Below the pieces are notes generated by a model. It was not told the DNA's origin. It worked only from the letters and a program-made list of their open reading frames with translations, and did no database searches. The position numbers were made by a program, and so were the translations under genes. Positions 1 to 9,020 of a DNA stretch of 64,000 bases are shown here, piece after piece. Within the stretch, counting starts at the first letter, position 1. The number at the start of each line of letters is the position of its first letter. This DNA is from an uncultured Clostridia bacterium (GTDB lineage: Bacteria > Bacillota > Clostridia > Christensenellales > UBA3700). The stretch spans positions 1,064 to 65,063 of the forward strand of contig CALWRK010000002.1 of the NCBI GenBank assembly GCA_944383935.1, written 5' to 3'.

Positions 1-684
1 GAACTTGTTTTTGAACCCCATCTTTTCCACTATCATTTCATCCAACTTTTTAACTTTTTCCTGGTCGCCGTCAAACAGTTGTAGGAAACTTGCCTGAGTG
101 CCCGTCGTACCCTTCGCGCCGCGCAGACGGGTGCCTGCGATGACATGATCGAGGTTTTCCATATCGAGCATCAGATCTTGGATCCAGAGCGCAGCCCTCT
201 TTCCAACCGTGACAAGCTGTGCGGGTTGAAGATGGGTAAAACCCAACGTGGGAAGCGCAGCGTATTTTTCCGCAAATTTGGAGAGTGCGTTTATGACGTT
301 GAGCACTTTTTTGCGCAACATCACCAGCCCATCGTGATATATTATTGCGTCGGAGTTATCCGTGACATAGCAGCTGGTTGCTCCAAGGTGTATGATGGGC
401 ATCGCGGCGGGACATTGCTGACCGTAGGCATATACATAAGCCATGACGTCGTGGCGGACTACTTTTTCTCTTGCGCGAGCCACATCGAAATTTATGTCGT
501 CTATGTGTGCTTTCATCTGAGAAATCTGCTCGTCGGTTATGTTGAGCCCCAATTCTTTTTCGCTTTCCGCCAAAGCTACCCAAAGTTTACGCCACAGCAC
601 CATACGATGCTCTTCGCTGAAATTTTCCAGCATGGGTTTAGTAGCGTAACGGGTTGTCAACGGATCTGTATAAGTCATAGTCAT
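1..684 (-). CDS. purB: adenylosuccinate lyase, N-terminal 228 codons (gene continues past window start)
   Basis: Not in the ORF track because there is no stop in the window. Hand translation from ATG 684 gives MTMTYTDPLTTRYATKPMLENF...HLGATSCYVTDN...GFTHLQPAQ...RGAKGTTGTQASF...KMGFKNKF, which are typical PurB motifs. SD agaggtg lies upstream. Confidence 0.85.
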   Translation of the reverse strand, partial: MTMTYTDPLTTRYATKPMLENFSEEHRMVLWRKLWVALAESEKELGLNITDEQISQMKAHIDDINFDVARAREKVVRHDVMAYVYAYGQQCPAAMPIIHLGATSCYVTDNSDAIIYHDGLVMLRKKVLNVINALSKFAEKYAALPTLGFTHLQPAQLVTVGKRAALWIQDLMLDMENLDHVIAGTRLRGAKGTTGTQASFLQLFDGDQEKVKKLDEMIVEKMGFKNKF

Positions 685-764
685 ATAGTCACCTCTGAAT
701 TTTATCTGCGTATATCTTACAATATCGCGCGGAAAAAAGCAACTTATTCCATATGGCTAAACTT

Positions 765-1889
765 TTATCTGTTCATCATCCATTCCGCATATATGCCATA
801 ACCCTTGGTGGGATCGTCTATCAGAACATGAGTGACGGCTCCCACCAGTTTTCCGTTCTGAATAATGGGACTGCCGCTCATCCCCTGAACTATTCCGCCC
901 GCCATAGCTAAAAGTTTTCTGTCGGTCACACGAATAACCATGCTTTTGTCCATGGGTGAATTTTGTCTTTCTGCCTTTATTATCTCTATTTCGTAAAGCC
1001 GCGGCTTTGTACCGTATAGTGTGGAATATATATATGCCTTGCCCGGTTGGACGCTCTCTCTTTCGCCCACTTGTATCTCTATGAGGTTGGAAGTGCTGCC
1101 CGTATATTCCCCGAAAATACCGAAGATATTGTCGGTATCTATGTCGCCGATATCTCCCGTTTCTTTGGAATATACTCCTTGCAATTCTCCTGCCTTTCCC
1201 TTTTCTCCCGGAATTACCCCTTTGATCATAGCGGGATATATATTTCCCGTTTCCGGTTCCACGGTATTTCCATATGCGTCCTTTACCGGGTGTCCCAGCG
1301 CCCCGTATCTGCCGCGACTGTCTACGAATGTCAAAGTGCCGATGCCGCTTATGCCGTCTTGAAGCATTATTCCCAGCTTTCGCTCCCCGTTTACCGAATC
1401 CACAGCGGGAGTTACCGTGTAATTGCTCCTGATCCCCGCATGGCTTACGGTTATTACTACATCTCCCGAACTGTCGCTTAAAATTTTTTGTATATCAGAG
1501 CTACTTCTAACTTGTATTCCGTTTATACTGCAAAGTAAATCGCCGGAAAAAATCTCTATGCCTTCAAGCGGTGTTACTACACCGTTTTTAGTGACAACAC
1601 CGACCCTAGAAGTGATAATAACCCCTTGGGGATGTATGTTTATACCTATTGGATATCCGCCCAAAAGTACAGTATTCCCGTCTTGCGGAAGGGCCGTTGC
1701 CAAGCGTTCCACGCTTGATAAATCGTCAGATTCGGATATGGCGGTTTCAGCTCCCTGCGCAAGGCACTCAGCAGCCGATACTTGCGGCGTATGCTTAAAA
1801 AGACAGCTGCCTGCTCCGATGAAGATGGCGCAAAGTAATATGAATGCGACCAGCGGAACAAGCAGCCCTGTATATAATCTTCTATTCAT
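765..1889 (-). CDS. spoIVB: SpoIVB peptidase (S55, PDZ + serine protease)
   Basis: C-terminal GMSGSPIIQNGKLVGAVTHV motif, a PDZ-like middle region and an N-terminal TM segment. Start moved to ATG 1889 (MNRRLY) because AGGAG lies 7 nt upstream of it. The gene sits next to recN as in Bacillus. Confidence 0.85.
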   Translation of the reverse strand: MNRRLYTGLLVPLVAFILLCAIFIGAGSCLFKHTPQVSAAECLAQGAETAISESDDLSSVERLATALPQDGNTVLLGGYPIGINIHPQGVIITSRVGVVTKNGVVTPLEGIEIFSGDLLCSINGIQVRSSSDIQKILSDSSGDVVITVSHAGIRSNYTVTPAVDSVNGERKLGIMLQDGISGIGTLTFVDSRGRYGALGHPVKDAYGNTVEPETGNIYPAMIKGVIPGEKGKAGELQGVYSKETGDIGDIDTDNIFGIFGEYTGSTSNLIEIQVGERESVQPGKAYIYSTLYGTKPRLYEIEIIKAERQNSPMDKSMVIRVTDRKLLAMAGGIVQGMSGSPIIQNGKLVGAVTHVLIDDPTKGYGIYAEWMMNR

Positions 1890-1933
1890 GCTGCTCTCCT
1901 TGCACATAGTGTAAGGAAAAGCAAATTATTTAT

Positions 1934-3622
1934 TCAGAAAAGCGATTTTTTATATTCGTCGGCGTAATCTTTCATTTCCGTGGCGTGCAAAAGAGCGTGC
2001 TTACTGTACTGCGAGCCGCCTATCAGTCTGGATATTTCCGCCAGCATACCCTCTCTGTCCAAATCGGTGAGCGTAGTATATGTATTGCCCTCTTGCACGG
2101 TTTTTGCTATCAAAAACTGTTTATCAGCCATGGCGGCGAGCTGCGGTAGATGCGTAACCGCCAGCACCTGTTTGCCGCGAGAGATATTATAAAGTTTTTC
2201 AGCCACTATTTGAGCAGTTTCGCCGCTTATACCCGTATCTATCTCGTCGAAAATCATGGTCTGAATGCCCAAACCGGAAGGCAGACAGTTTTTCATTGCG
2301 AGCATGAAACGAGAAAGTTCGCCGCCCGATATAATCTTGGACAGAGGTCGCGGGGGTTGCCCGCTGTTTGCGGAGAATAAAAACGCCACCTCGTCGCTTC
2401 CCGATGGAGAAAAAGATAACTCTTCTTTCTTTGCAATTTTGGCAAACTCCACGGTAAATTTAGCGTTTTTCATACCCAGAGAGGCGAGTTCTTTTGTAAC
2501 CATTTCCGAGAAGTTTTTAGCGGCTTTTTGACGTATATCGCTTATTTTCAGCGTATTATCATATAACTTGTCAGTCATTTCCGCAATTTTTTTATCAAAC
2601 TTCTCGCATTCGGCTACCGCAACATCGTATTTACTCGCTTTGTCTTTCAGCTCGTCCAACTCTCCGAGAATCTCATCAATGCTCGCACCATACTTGCGTT
2701 TGAGCAAATTTATCTTTGCTATCCTCTCTTCCACATACTTTGCCCTTTCCGCATCGAAATCGGAATCGTCCAGCAGGGAGCGCAGTTCGGAAGTTATGTC
2801 GTCGAGTTCTATGTTCACGGCTTCCAGTCTGTCGTTCAGTGAGGAGAGAGAAGGCTCATAGTCGGCAATCCTGGACAACTCTTTTATACCTGCGGATATG
2901 CGCTCCACCGCTCCGTCCTCGCCGTCTATTTCTTCCGCAGCGGTCTGCAATGCAGTGAGATACGCCTCATAATTATTCAATTTTCGCCTGGCGGCTAGCA
3001 ATTCTTCCTCCTCACCCGGCTGAAGTGCAGCCTCTTCTATCTCGTTTATCTTGAAGTCTAGATATTCCCTGTCCTCTCCCGCAAGTTTTTGGTATTCGGC
3101 TATTTCAGACTTATATCCGTAGTATTCTGCGCAAAGTTTGCTTTGCACCTCCAAAACCTTTTGCAGTTCATCTCCCGCAAAGGCGTCCACTATTCCCAAA
3201 TGATTGGAGGGATTTAGCAGACTTACCGACTCGTGCTGACCGTATATATCCGCAAGCAGAGAGGAAAGTCCTTTGAGCATATTTAACGTGACCTTGCGCC
3301 CATTTATGCGACATACTCCGGCTCCGTCCTCCGACATCGTCCTGGAAATCATGAGTTCGCCCTCGTCTTCTATGCCGTATTCTTCCAAAAGCTGCTTAAT
3401 ATCCGGTGTGATTTCGTCAAAATAAGCCGAAACTCTCGCACTCTTCTGCCCATAGCGAATGAGAGTCTTGTCCGCGCGCGTGCCCAAGACGAAATTTACG
3501 CTGTCTATTATAATGGATTTTCCCGCGCCCGTTTCACCGGAAAGAATATTCAGACCTCTTCCGAACTCCACTTCCAGCTTTCCTATAAGCGCTACGTTTT
3601 CTATTGATAAAGTGGTTAGCAT
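1934..3622 (-). CDS. recN: DNA repair protein RecN
   Basis: N-terminal MLTTLSIENVALIGKLEVEF...GETGAGKS Walker A, long coiled-coil middle, C-terminal ABC-type signature. Start ATG 3622 overlaps the argR stop (TAATG). Confidence 0.9.
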   Translation of the reverse strand: MLTTLSIENVALIGKLEVEFGRGLNILSGETGAGKSIIIDSVNFVLGTRADKTLIRYGQKSARVSAYFDEITPDIKQLLEEYGIEDEGELMISRTMSEDGAGVCRINGRKVTLNMLKGLSSLLADIYGQHESVSLLNPSNHLGIVDAFAGDELQKVLEVQSKLCAEYYGYKSEIAEYQKLAGEDREYLDFKINEIEEAALQPGEEEELLAARRKLNNYEAYLTALQTAAEEIDGEDGAVERISAGIKELSRIADYEPSLSSLNDRLEAVNIELDDITSELRSLLDDSDFDAERAKYVEERIAKINLLKRKYGASIDEILGELDELKDKASKYDVAVAECEKFDKKIAEMTDKLYDNTLKISDIRQKAAKNFSEMVTKELASLGMKNAKFTVEFAKIAKKEELSFSPSGSDEVAFLFSANSGQPPRPLSKIISGGELSRFMLAMKNCLPSGLGIQTMIFDEIDTGISGETAQIVAEKLYNISRGKQVLAVTHLPQLAAMADKQFLIAKTVQEGNTYTTLTDLDREGMLAEISRLIGGSQYSKHALLHATEMKDYADEYKKSLF

Positions 3623-4074
3623 TATTCCAAATTGCTCTCTAATTGCAACTTCACTTTTTCCGCATGAGATTCCGAATCGCATACGATCAAGATGGTGTCG
3701 TCGCCAGCGATGCTGCCCAATACGTTTTCATAGTTCATAGAGTCCACGAATGCGCCCACCGTGCCGCCGGTGCCGGTAACGGTGCGGATTACTATCAAAT
3801 TCCCCGCCCTGTTTATAGCCACCACTGCCTGACGGAACATCGTGCCGAACTTGCCCATGGTGTTGGGACGCGCGTTTTCCACAAGCGAATATTTATAGCT
3901 GCCGCCCGAACTCAGGCTTTTTATTATGCCCAAATCCTTGATATCCCTGGATACCGTGGCTTGCGTGACGTTATAACCCGACTCCTGTAACAGAGATACG
4001 AGTTCTTCCTGCGTTTCGATATCGAGCTCCTTTATTAGCTCGATAATTCTGCGTTGCCTTGCGTTTCTGCTCAT
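3622..4074 (-). CDS. argR: arginine repressor ArgR/AhrC
   Basis: 150 aa. Winged-helix N-terminus (QEELVSLLQESGYNVTQATVSRDIKDLG) and a C-terminal oligomerisation domain (GTIAGDDTILIV-like). Confidence 0.9.
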   Translation of the reverse strand: MSRNARQRRIIELIKELDIETQEELVSLLQESGYNVTQATVSRDIKDLGIIKSLSSGGSYKYSLVENARPNTMGKFGTMFRQAVVAINRAGNLIVIRTVTGTGGTVGAFVDSMNYENVLGSIAGDDTILIVCDSESHAEKVKLQLESNLE

Positions 4075-4075
4075 A

Positions 4076-4876
4076 TCAGCTCCAATTACTCAGCTTATGC
4101 AGAAGTCTGTTATAGAAATTCTGCTTACTGAATCTTATAAATTCGGCGTTCCTTGCCGCCCTGCATATCCTTATATCGGTGTTCTTTTTCCCACTCTCCG
4201 TCACATTGCCGTCTATGACGAGATTTAGCCCTTCACTGCCGCTTTTCAAGGTGATCTCGCTGCCGCTTCCCACGACTATCGGGCACGAATGCAGCGAATG
4301 CGGGCATATGGCATTTATGATAAAAGCCTCCACGTCTGGAGAAAGTACAGGTCCGTTACACGCCAGAGAGTACGCCGTGGAGCCGGTGGGAGTACTCACC
4401 AGCACTCCGTCCGCGCGCACATTGTCCGCCAGTGTACCGTCTATATTCACGGTTATCTCCGCCACTCTGCACAGAGAACCCGTCAACGCCGCCTCGTTGA
4501 GAGCATAATAACTCTTCCCTTCACTGTCTATCTTCAGCATGGTACGTTTTTCCACAAAATAGTCGCCCTCTATCAGCTTTTTTGCAGCTTCTGTGAGATT
4601 TTCACAGCCTATCTCCGTCAAAAAGCCCACCTTTCCCAAATTTACTCCGAGAATGGGGATACTCTTTTGGGCGCACTCGCTCACCGCGCGCAGCATCGTC
4701 CCGTCCCCGCCGAAAGCCACGACCACGTCGGGAACGAAAGAGGCACAGTCGAGCGTAAACTTATCGTTTTGACAGAGAAAATATTCAATGTTTTCCGCTG
4801 TGAGCAGTTCACACAACTGCTTTGCGTGTATTCCCTGTTTGTCCTTATGCGGATTGCTGTATATGCCGATTTTCAT
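4076..4876 (-). CDS. nadK: NAD kinase
   Basis: 266 aa with the GGDGTMLR motif and a conserved NAD kinase C-terminal half. Confidence 0.9.
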   Translation of the reverse strand: MKIGIYSNPHKDKQGIHAKQLCELLTAENIEYFLCQNDKFTLDCASFVPDVVVAFGGDGTMLRAVSECAQKSIPILGVNLGKVGFLTEIGCENLTEAAKKLIEGDYFVEKRTMLKIDSEGKSYYALNEAALTGSLCRVAEITVNIDGTLADNVRADGVLVSTPTGSTAYSLACNGPVLSPDVEAFIINAICPHSLHSCPIVVGSGSEITLKSGSEGLNLVIDGNVTESGKKNTDIRICRAARNAEFIRFSKQNFYNRLLHKLSNWS

Positions 4877-4885
4877 GGTATGAAT

Positions 4886-4914
4886 ATTATACTATAATAT
4901 TTTTATTTATACAA
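4886..4914 (-). promoter_or_regulatory. sigma-A-type promoter directly abutting the nadK ATG
   Basis: Minus strand reads TTGTAT-17 nt-TATAAT-attcatacc-ATG. No SD lies between the -10 box and the start codon. Confidence 0.45.
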
Positions 4915-5631
4915 TCACTTTTTACAAAAAAGTATTAAATATTCTATGTTTTTATTTTCATGTACAGGCGCGGTGGTGAAACCTTCTTCTTCAAGCCCGA
5001 GCGCCTTTCCCGCCGCGCGAATTTTGTCCGCCGCCTTTTGCCTGTCCGGCGCGCGCATGACTATGCCGCGCTTACTCAAAGCCTTTTTTCCCGCTTCGAA
5101 TTGCGGCTTTATAAGCGCAATGATATGCCCTCCTTTGCGCAATATGTCGCAAGCCGCCGGCAGTATGAGTTCCAGCGATATGAAGCTGACGTCTATACAT
5201 ACAAAGTCGCACTCTTCGCCCAACTTTTGAGGTGTGAGATAGCGCGCATTTGTTCTGTCCATGACTACCACTCGCTCATCATCTTTAAGTACCGGAGGCA
5301 AGGCGCATTCCCCAACGTCCACGGCAAACACCTTTTTTGCTCCGCGCATGACGAGGCAGGAGGTAAATCCTCCGTTAGACGCGCCTATGTCGGCACATAC
5401 ATACGAAGATACGTCAAAATGAAATTCATCCAACGCCTTAGCCAGCTTTTCGCCGCCGAAAGAGGCATATTCAGGCAATTTTTCCAATTCAAGTGCGTCA
5501 CTCCGGGTGACGTCGAAGGCGGGTTTGATCACCGTTTCTCCGTTGACCTTCACCCTGCCGCGCTCTATAAGCAACTTTGCCTTTGTACGCGTAAAGGAAA
5601 ATTTTTCGGAAAGATATTTATCCAATCTCAT
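4915..5631 (-). CDS. tlyA: TlyA-family rRNA 2'-O-methyltransferase (S4 + FtsJ domains)
   Basis: S4 motif MRLDKYLSEKF..RTKAKLLIERGRVKVNG and SAM-binding DIGASNGGFT. ATGA overlap with the dxs stop. Confidence 0.85.
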   Translation of the reverse strand: MRLDKYLSEKFSFTRTKAKLLIERGRVKVNGETVIKPAFDVTRSDALELEKLPEYASFGGEKLAKALDEFHFDVSSYVCADIGASNGGFTSCLVMRGAKKVFAVDVGECALPPVLKDDERVVVMDRTNARYLTPQKLGEECDFVCIDVSFISLELILPAACDILRKGGHIIALIKPQFEAGKKALSKRGIVMRAPDRQKAADKIRAAGKALGLEEEGFTTAPVHENKNIEYLILFCKK

Positions 5632-7322
5632 GACTTAAACGAAGAGATGTCTTTTTGCAATATTTCGGCGGTGAAACCGTTCAGCTGCATAAGTTCGGGC
5701 AGAGATGCGTGGGTAAGTTTACTTGCGTCAACCGCCTTGATCTTCATGGGGGGCACAGGTATGCCTGCCGAGATGTAATATTCCGCCACACCGCTTCCGA
5801 AACCGCCCTCGCGGACGTTGTCTTCAAGTGTAATTATCTTCTTGTTTGCAATGCTCTTCAGCAGCGCTCCGTCCATCGGCTTTACAAAGCGGGCGTTGAC
5901 TATATCAAAGCCTCCCGTCTTTTCGTGGAGGGATATTGCCAAGTCGTTCATAACGGCTCCGCAAGCCAGTACCACGACCTCATTGTCCTCGTGCGCCAGC
6001 CACTCCCACGAGCCCAAGGCTATCGGGGCGTGCGAAGAATATTTATGCACGGGCACATACTTGGGATAACGCATCGCGAGAGGATGATCGAAGTGTACGG
6101 ACCACTCCAACATATCCTGTGCTTCTTCAAAATCCTTGGGGGCGGCTATGGTCATGTTCTTCACGCTGCGCAGATAGGACAAATCGTATACGCCCTGATG
6201 CGTCTCCCCGTCTCCAGCTACGAGTCCCGCCCTGTCTATACACAGGGTTATGGCACAGTCATTCAGACACATATCGTGTATTATTTGGTCATAGGCGCGT
6301 TGTAAAAAAGAGGAATATACTGCAAAATAAGGCTTGGCTCCGCTAATAGCCATACCGCTTGCCATACACAAGGCGTGCTCTTCGGCTATGCCTACGTCCA
6401 CAAACTGCCCCGGCAATTCCCTTCTGATATAATCCAAACCCGTACCGTCAGCCATAGCGGCGGTGATGGCGAACGCTCTTTTATCTTTTTTGGCTATTTC
6501 GAGCAATTTCTTGCCCACGCAGGAACTGAACGACATACCGTCGGAATGGGAGGGCGAATAGCTGTGATATTTATCGGGGAATTTCTCCGCCTCTTCATAC
6601 CCCTTGCCCTTTTGCGTATGCACGTTTATTATTATGCTGTTCTTGCAGTCGCGCGCATATGTGAACGCCTTTATCAAATCTTGCAGATTGTGCCCGTCCA
6701 CCGAACCGTAGTATTTTATGCCGTATTCGCGGAAAGGCTGCCTAATCGAATCCAGATCGCGCAGATATTCCGCCACACTGCCTACATTTTTAGAGATGGA
6801 CATATCGTTATTATTGATTACGGCGATAAATTTTTTGCCTATCGTCTTTACGTCGTTGAAGGCTTCGTACACCAATCCGCCCGTCATAGCTCCGTCGCCT
6901 ATCAGCGCCACTATCTGAGCGCCGTCGTGTCCGTAGCGAAGCATTCCGCAGGCAAGGGACGCGGATGTGGAAGAATGTCCCGTATTTGCGGCGTCATATA
7001 TGCTCTCTTCGCGTTTTGGAAACCCCGCTATCCCACCCTTGCTGCGCAGAGTACCGAAGTTATCCTTTCTGCCCGTGAGAATTTTATGCGCATAACATTG
7101 ATGTCCCACGTCCAATATGAGCCTGTCTTTGTCAAAATCGAACACATAATGCAGGGCTATTGTGAGCTCCACAACACCCAGATTGGAAGAAAGATGTCCT
7201 CCTTTTTTAAGTACCACGTCGAGTATGCAATCGCGGATCTCCCGTGCCAGCTCTTGCAGCCGAGGCACATCGAAAGATTTGATATCCTTAGGTGAATTTA
7301 CCTGATCCAACAACTTACTCAT
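5628..7322 (-). CDS. dxs: 1-deoxy-D-xylulose-5-phosphate synthase
   Basis: GGHLSSNLGVVELTIALHYVF, DVGHQCYAHKILTGR, GDGAMTGG (TPP motif), IAEEHA. At 564 aa it is shorter than the usual ~620. Confidence 0.9.
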   Translation of the reverse strand: MSKLLDQVNSPKDIKSFDVPRLQELAREIRDCILDVVLKKGGHLSSNLGVVELTIALHYVFDFDKDRLILDVGHQCYAHKILTGRKDNFGTLRSKGGIAGFPKREESIYDAANTGHSSTSASLACGMLRYGHDGAQIVALIGDGAMTGGLVYEAFNDVKTIGKKFIAVINNNDMSISKNVGSVAEYLRDLDSIRQPFREYGIKYYGSVDGHNLQDLIKAFTYARDCKNSIIINVHTQKGKGYEEAEKFPDKYHSYSPSHSDGMSFSSCVGKKLLEIAKKDKRAFAITAAMADGTGLDYIRRELPGQFVDVGIAEEHALCMASGMAISGAKPYFAVYSSFLQRAYDQIIHDMCLNDCAITLCIDRAGLVAGDGETHQGVYDLSYLRSVKNMTIAAPKDFEEAQDMLEWSVHFDHPLAMRYPKYVPVHKYSSHAPIALGSWEWLAHEDNEVVVLACGAVMNDLAISLHEKTGGFDIVNARFVKPMDGALLKSIANKKIITLEDNVREGGFGSGVAEYYISAGIPVPPMKIKAVDASKLTHASLPELMQLNGFTAEILQKDISSFKS

Positions 7323-7921
7323 TTGCGCAATCCCTTCTTTTTCTTGTCCTTTGGTTTATATATCACAGACAGTGCCTTTGCCGTCTGCACCACATACTTG
7401 TCCGCATTTTTTACGGCTATACCCTTCATCAACGCCTTACCGCCCACTGTCGCCGCAGCAACCACCGCCGAGGTAAGTGTGGGAAGCCACGTTCCTCCCG
7501 TATTCGTCTGCGAAACAAGGTCGGCAGCCAACACCGCTCCGCAAGCTCCGCTGAGCACCCCGCATATGTCGCCTATAACGTCGGCGCATACGCTGTTCAC
7601 CTTTTCGGCGTTGGCAATAAGCCCCAATGCTATTTTAGCACGCTTTGCGTCATATTGCAAAAGTTTTTTTACCGCGACTTTATCGCACGAAGTAACCGAT
7701 ACTCCAATCCCGTCGAATACTACGGAAACGAGCATCATAAACAGCAGCAACATTACCGACGCCGTCAAGTCTGTGAACGTGGTCACCGCCTGGGAAAACC
7801 AGCTGCTTGCCAAGGACAGGCAGAAAGTTATCGGCATTATCTTCAACGCCCACGCAGTTGCGGTGGAACGCACCTTTTTTTGCTTTACTTTACCAGTAGG
7901 TCTACACCTGTTATCCCGCAT
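7319..7921 (-). CDS. multi-pass membrane protein of unknown function (loosely DUF21/CNNM-TM-like)
   Basis: 200-aa ORF with a basic N-terminus, several hydrophobic segments and a K-rich tail. ATGA-type coupling to dxs. No recognisable catalytic motif. Confidence 0.5.
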   Translation of the reverse strand: MRDNRCRPTGKVKQKKVRSTATAWALKIMPITFCLSLASSWFSQAVTTFTDLTASVMLLLFMMLVSVVFDGIGVSVTSCDKVAVKKLLQYDAKRAKIALGLIANAEKVNSVCADVIGDICGVLSGACGAVLAADLVSQTNTGGTWLPTLTSAVVAAATVGGKALMKGIAVKNADKYVVQTAKALSVIYKPKDKKKKGLRK

Positions 7922-7926
7922 AATTT

Positions 7927-7932
7927 ATTATA
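7927..7932 (-). promoter_or_regulatory. -10 box (TATAAT) 5 nt upstream of the ATG of the 7319..7921 gene
   Basis: Minus strand reads caaaTATAATaaattATG. No SD, and the -35 is poor (GTATAA). Confidence 0.3.
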
Positions 7933-7954
7933 TTTGCGGGATATTACGTTTATA

Positions 7955-8809
7955 CTATCTCACCCTATCTGCCAACTTGTCTGCCAAAGCAATAAGTTCA
8001 TCGGCAGCTTCGCCATATGGCATGAGAGTGCGCTTACTCTCTTCATTTATCTCAACCACCCTTTTACGCGCCTGTTCCACGCCCAAAAGGGACACATAGG
8101 TGACTTTTCCGTTCTTTTCGTCCTGACCTGCGCTCTTTCCCAGCGCATCGGAATCAGACAGGACGTCCAAAAGATCGTCCACTATCTGAAAGACTTTTCC
8201 CAATCCGTCGGCGAAATTTTCCAGCGCTGAGCACAGCTTATCGTCCGCACCGCATATCATGGCTCCGCCCACGAGCGCAGCCTTGAACAAAGCGGAGGTC
8301 TTTAAGCTGTTTATCTCGTCCAACTTGTCCGCTCCCTCTACGCCCGCGCCGCCCGTATTTGCCAAATCCAAGCACTGACCGCCCACCATGCCACGCATTC
8401 CCGACATGGCGGCTATATATCGCGAGGTATCCCCCTCTCCTCCTACGCACTCAAAAGCCATATTCAAGAGGGCGTCGCCCGCCAGGACGGCGATCCCCTC
8501 TCCGAAAGCCTTGTGCACAGTGGGACGTCCGCGGCGCAGATCGTCGTCGTCCATACAGGGCAAATCGTCGTGTATGAGAGAATAGTTGTGAATAAACTCC
8601 ACTCCCAACGCCACTTTATCCGCCTTTTCAAACTCTCCTCTGGCCATGCGTGCACCCATATAAGCCAAGGCGGGGCGCACCCTCTTTCCTCCGGCGGACA
8701 CGGCGTACACCACTGCATCCCACACGGGAGAGTATTTGACGGGATACGCTGTGAGATACTCGCTTAGCCGCTTTTCAAAGCGCTGTCTGTAAAATTCGAG
8801 GCTATTCAC
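7955..8809 (-). CDS. ispA: farnesyl diphosphate synthase (polyprenyl synthetase)
   Basis: First DDxxD region LIHDDLPCMDDDDLRRG and second motif QIVDDLLD. Confidence 0.9.
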   Translation of the reverse strand: MNSLEFYRQRFEKRLSEYLTAYPVKYSPVWDAVVYAVSAGGKRVRPALAYMGARMARGEFEKADKVALGVEFIHNYSLIHDDLPCMDDDDLRRGRPTVHKAFGEGIAVLAGDALLNMAFECVGGEGDTSRYIAAMSGMRGMVGGQCLDLANTGGAGVEGADKLDEINSLKTSALFKAALVGGAMICGADDKLCSALENFADGLGKVFQIVDDLLDVLSDSDALGKSAGQDEKNGKVTYVSLLGVEQARKRVVEINEESKRTLMPYGEAADELIALADKLADRVR

Positions 8810-9020
8810 CTTGCTTTTCTCCCTCTGTAACGCGCAATTTTTCCAGCCGAGCGGTAAGCTCAGTCACCTTTCCCGAACTTTCTTCCAGCTTTTTCATACA
8901 CTCCTGAGCTAGAAGCACTCCCTCGTCGAACAATTTCAAACCTTCATCCAAGGAGGTATCCTTATCCTCCATTTTCTCGGCTATCTGTTCCAGCTTTTTC
9001 AAACTTTGTTCAAACGTCAT
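8802..9020 (-). CDS. xseB: exodeoxyribonuclease VII small subunit
   Basis: 72 aa, MTFEQSLKKLEQIAEKMED...LDEGLKLFDEG. Overlaps xseA and ispA. Confidence 0.85.
   Translation of the reverse strand: MTFEQSLKKLEQIAEKMEDKDTSLDEGLKLFDEGVLLAQECMKKLEESSGKVTELTARLEKLRVTEGEKQGE

Noticed and set aside
145-801. 218-aa + strand ORF at the window start
   Set aside because: It is exactly antisense to a clean purB reading frame (PurB motifs are readable on the minus strand). It has no SD and an odd composition, so it is a shadow ORF.
7292-8230. 312-aa and 258-aa + strand ORFs overlapping the membrane protein gene and ispA
   Set aside because: They are antisense to well-supported minus-strand genes. The products are low-complexity and R/H/S-rich, with no recognisable motifs.
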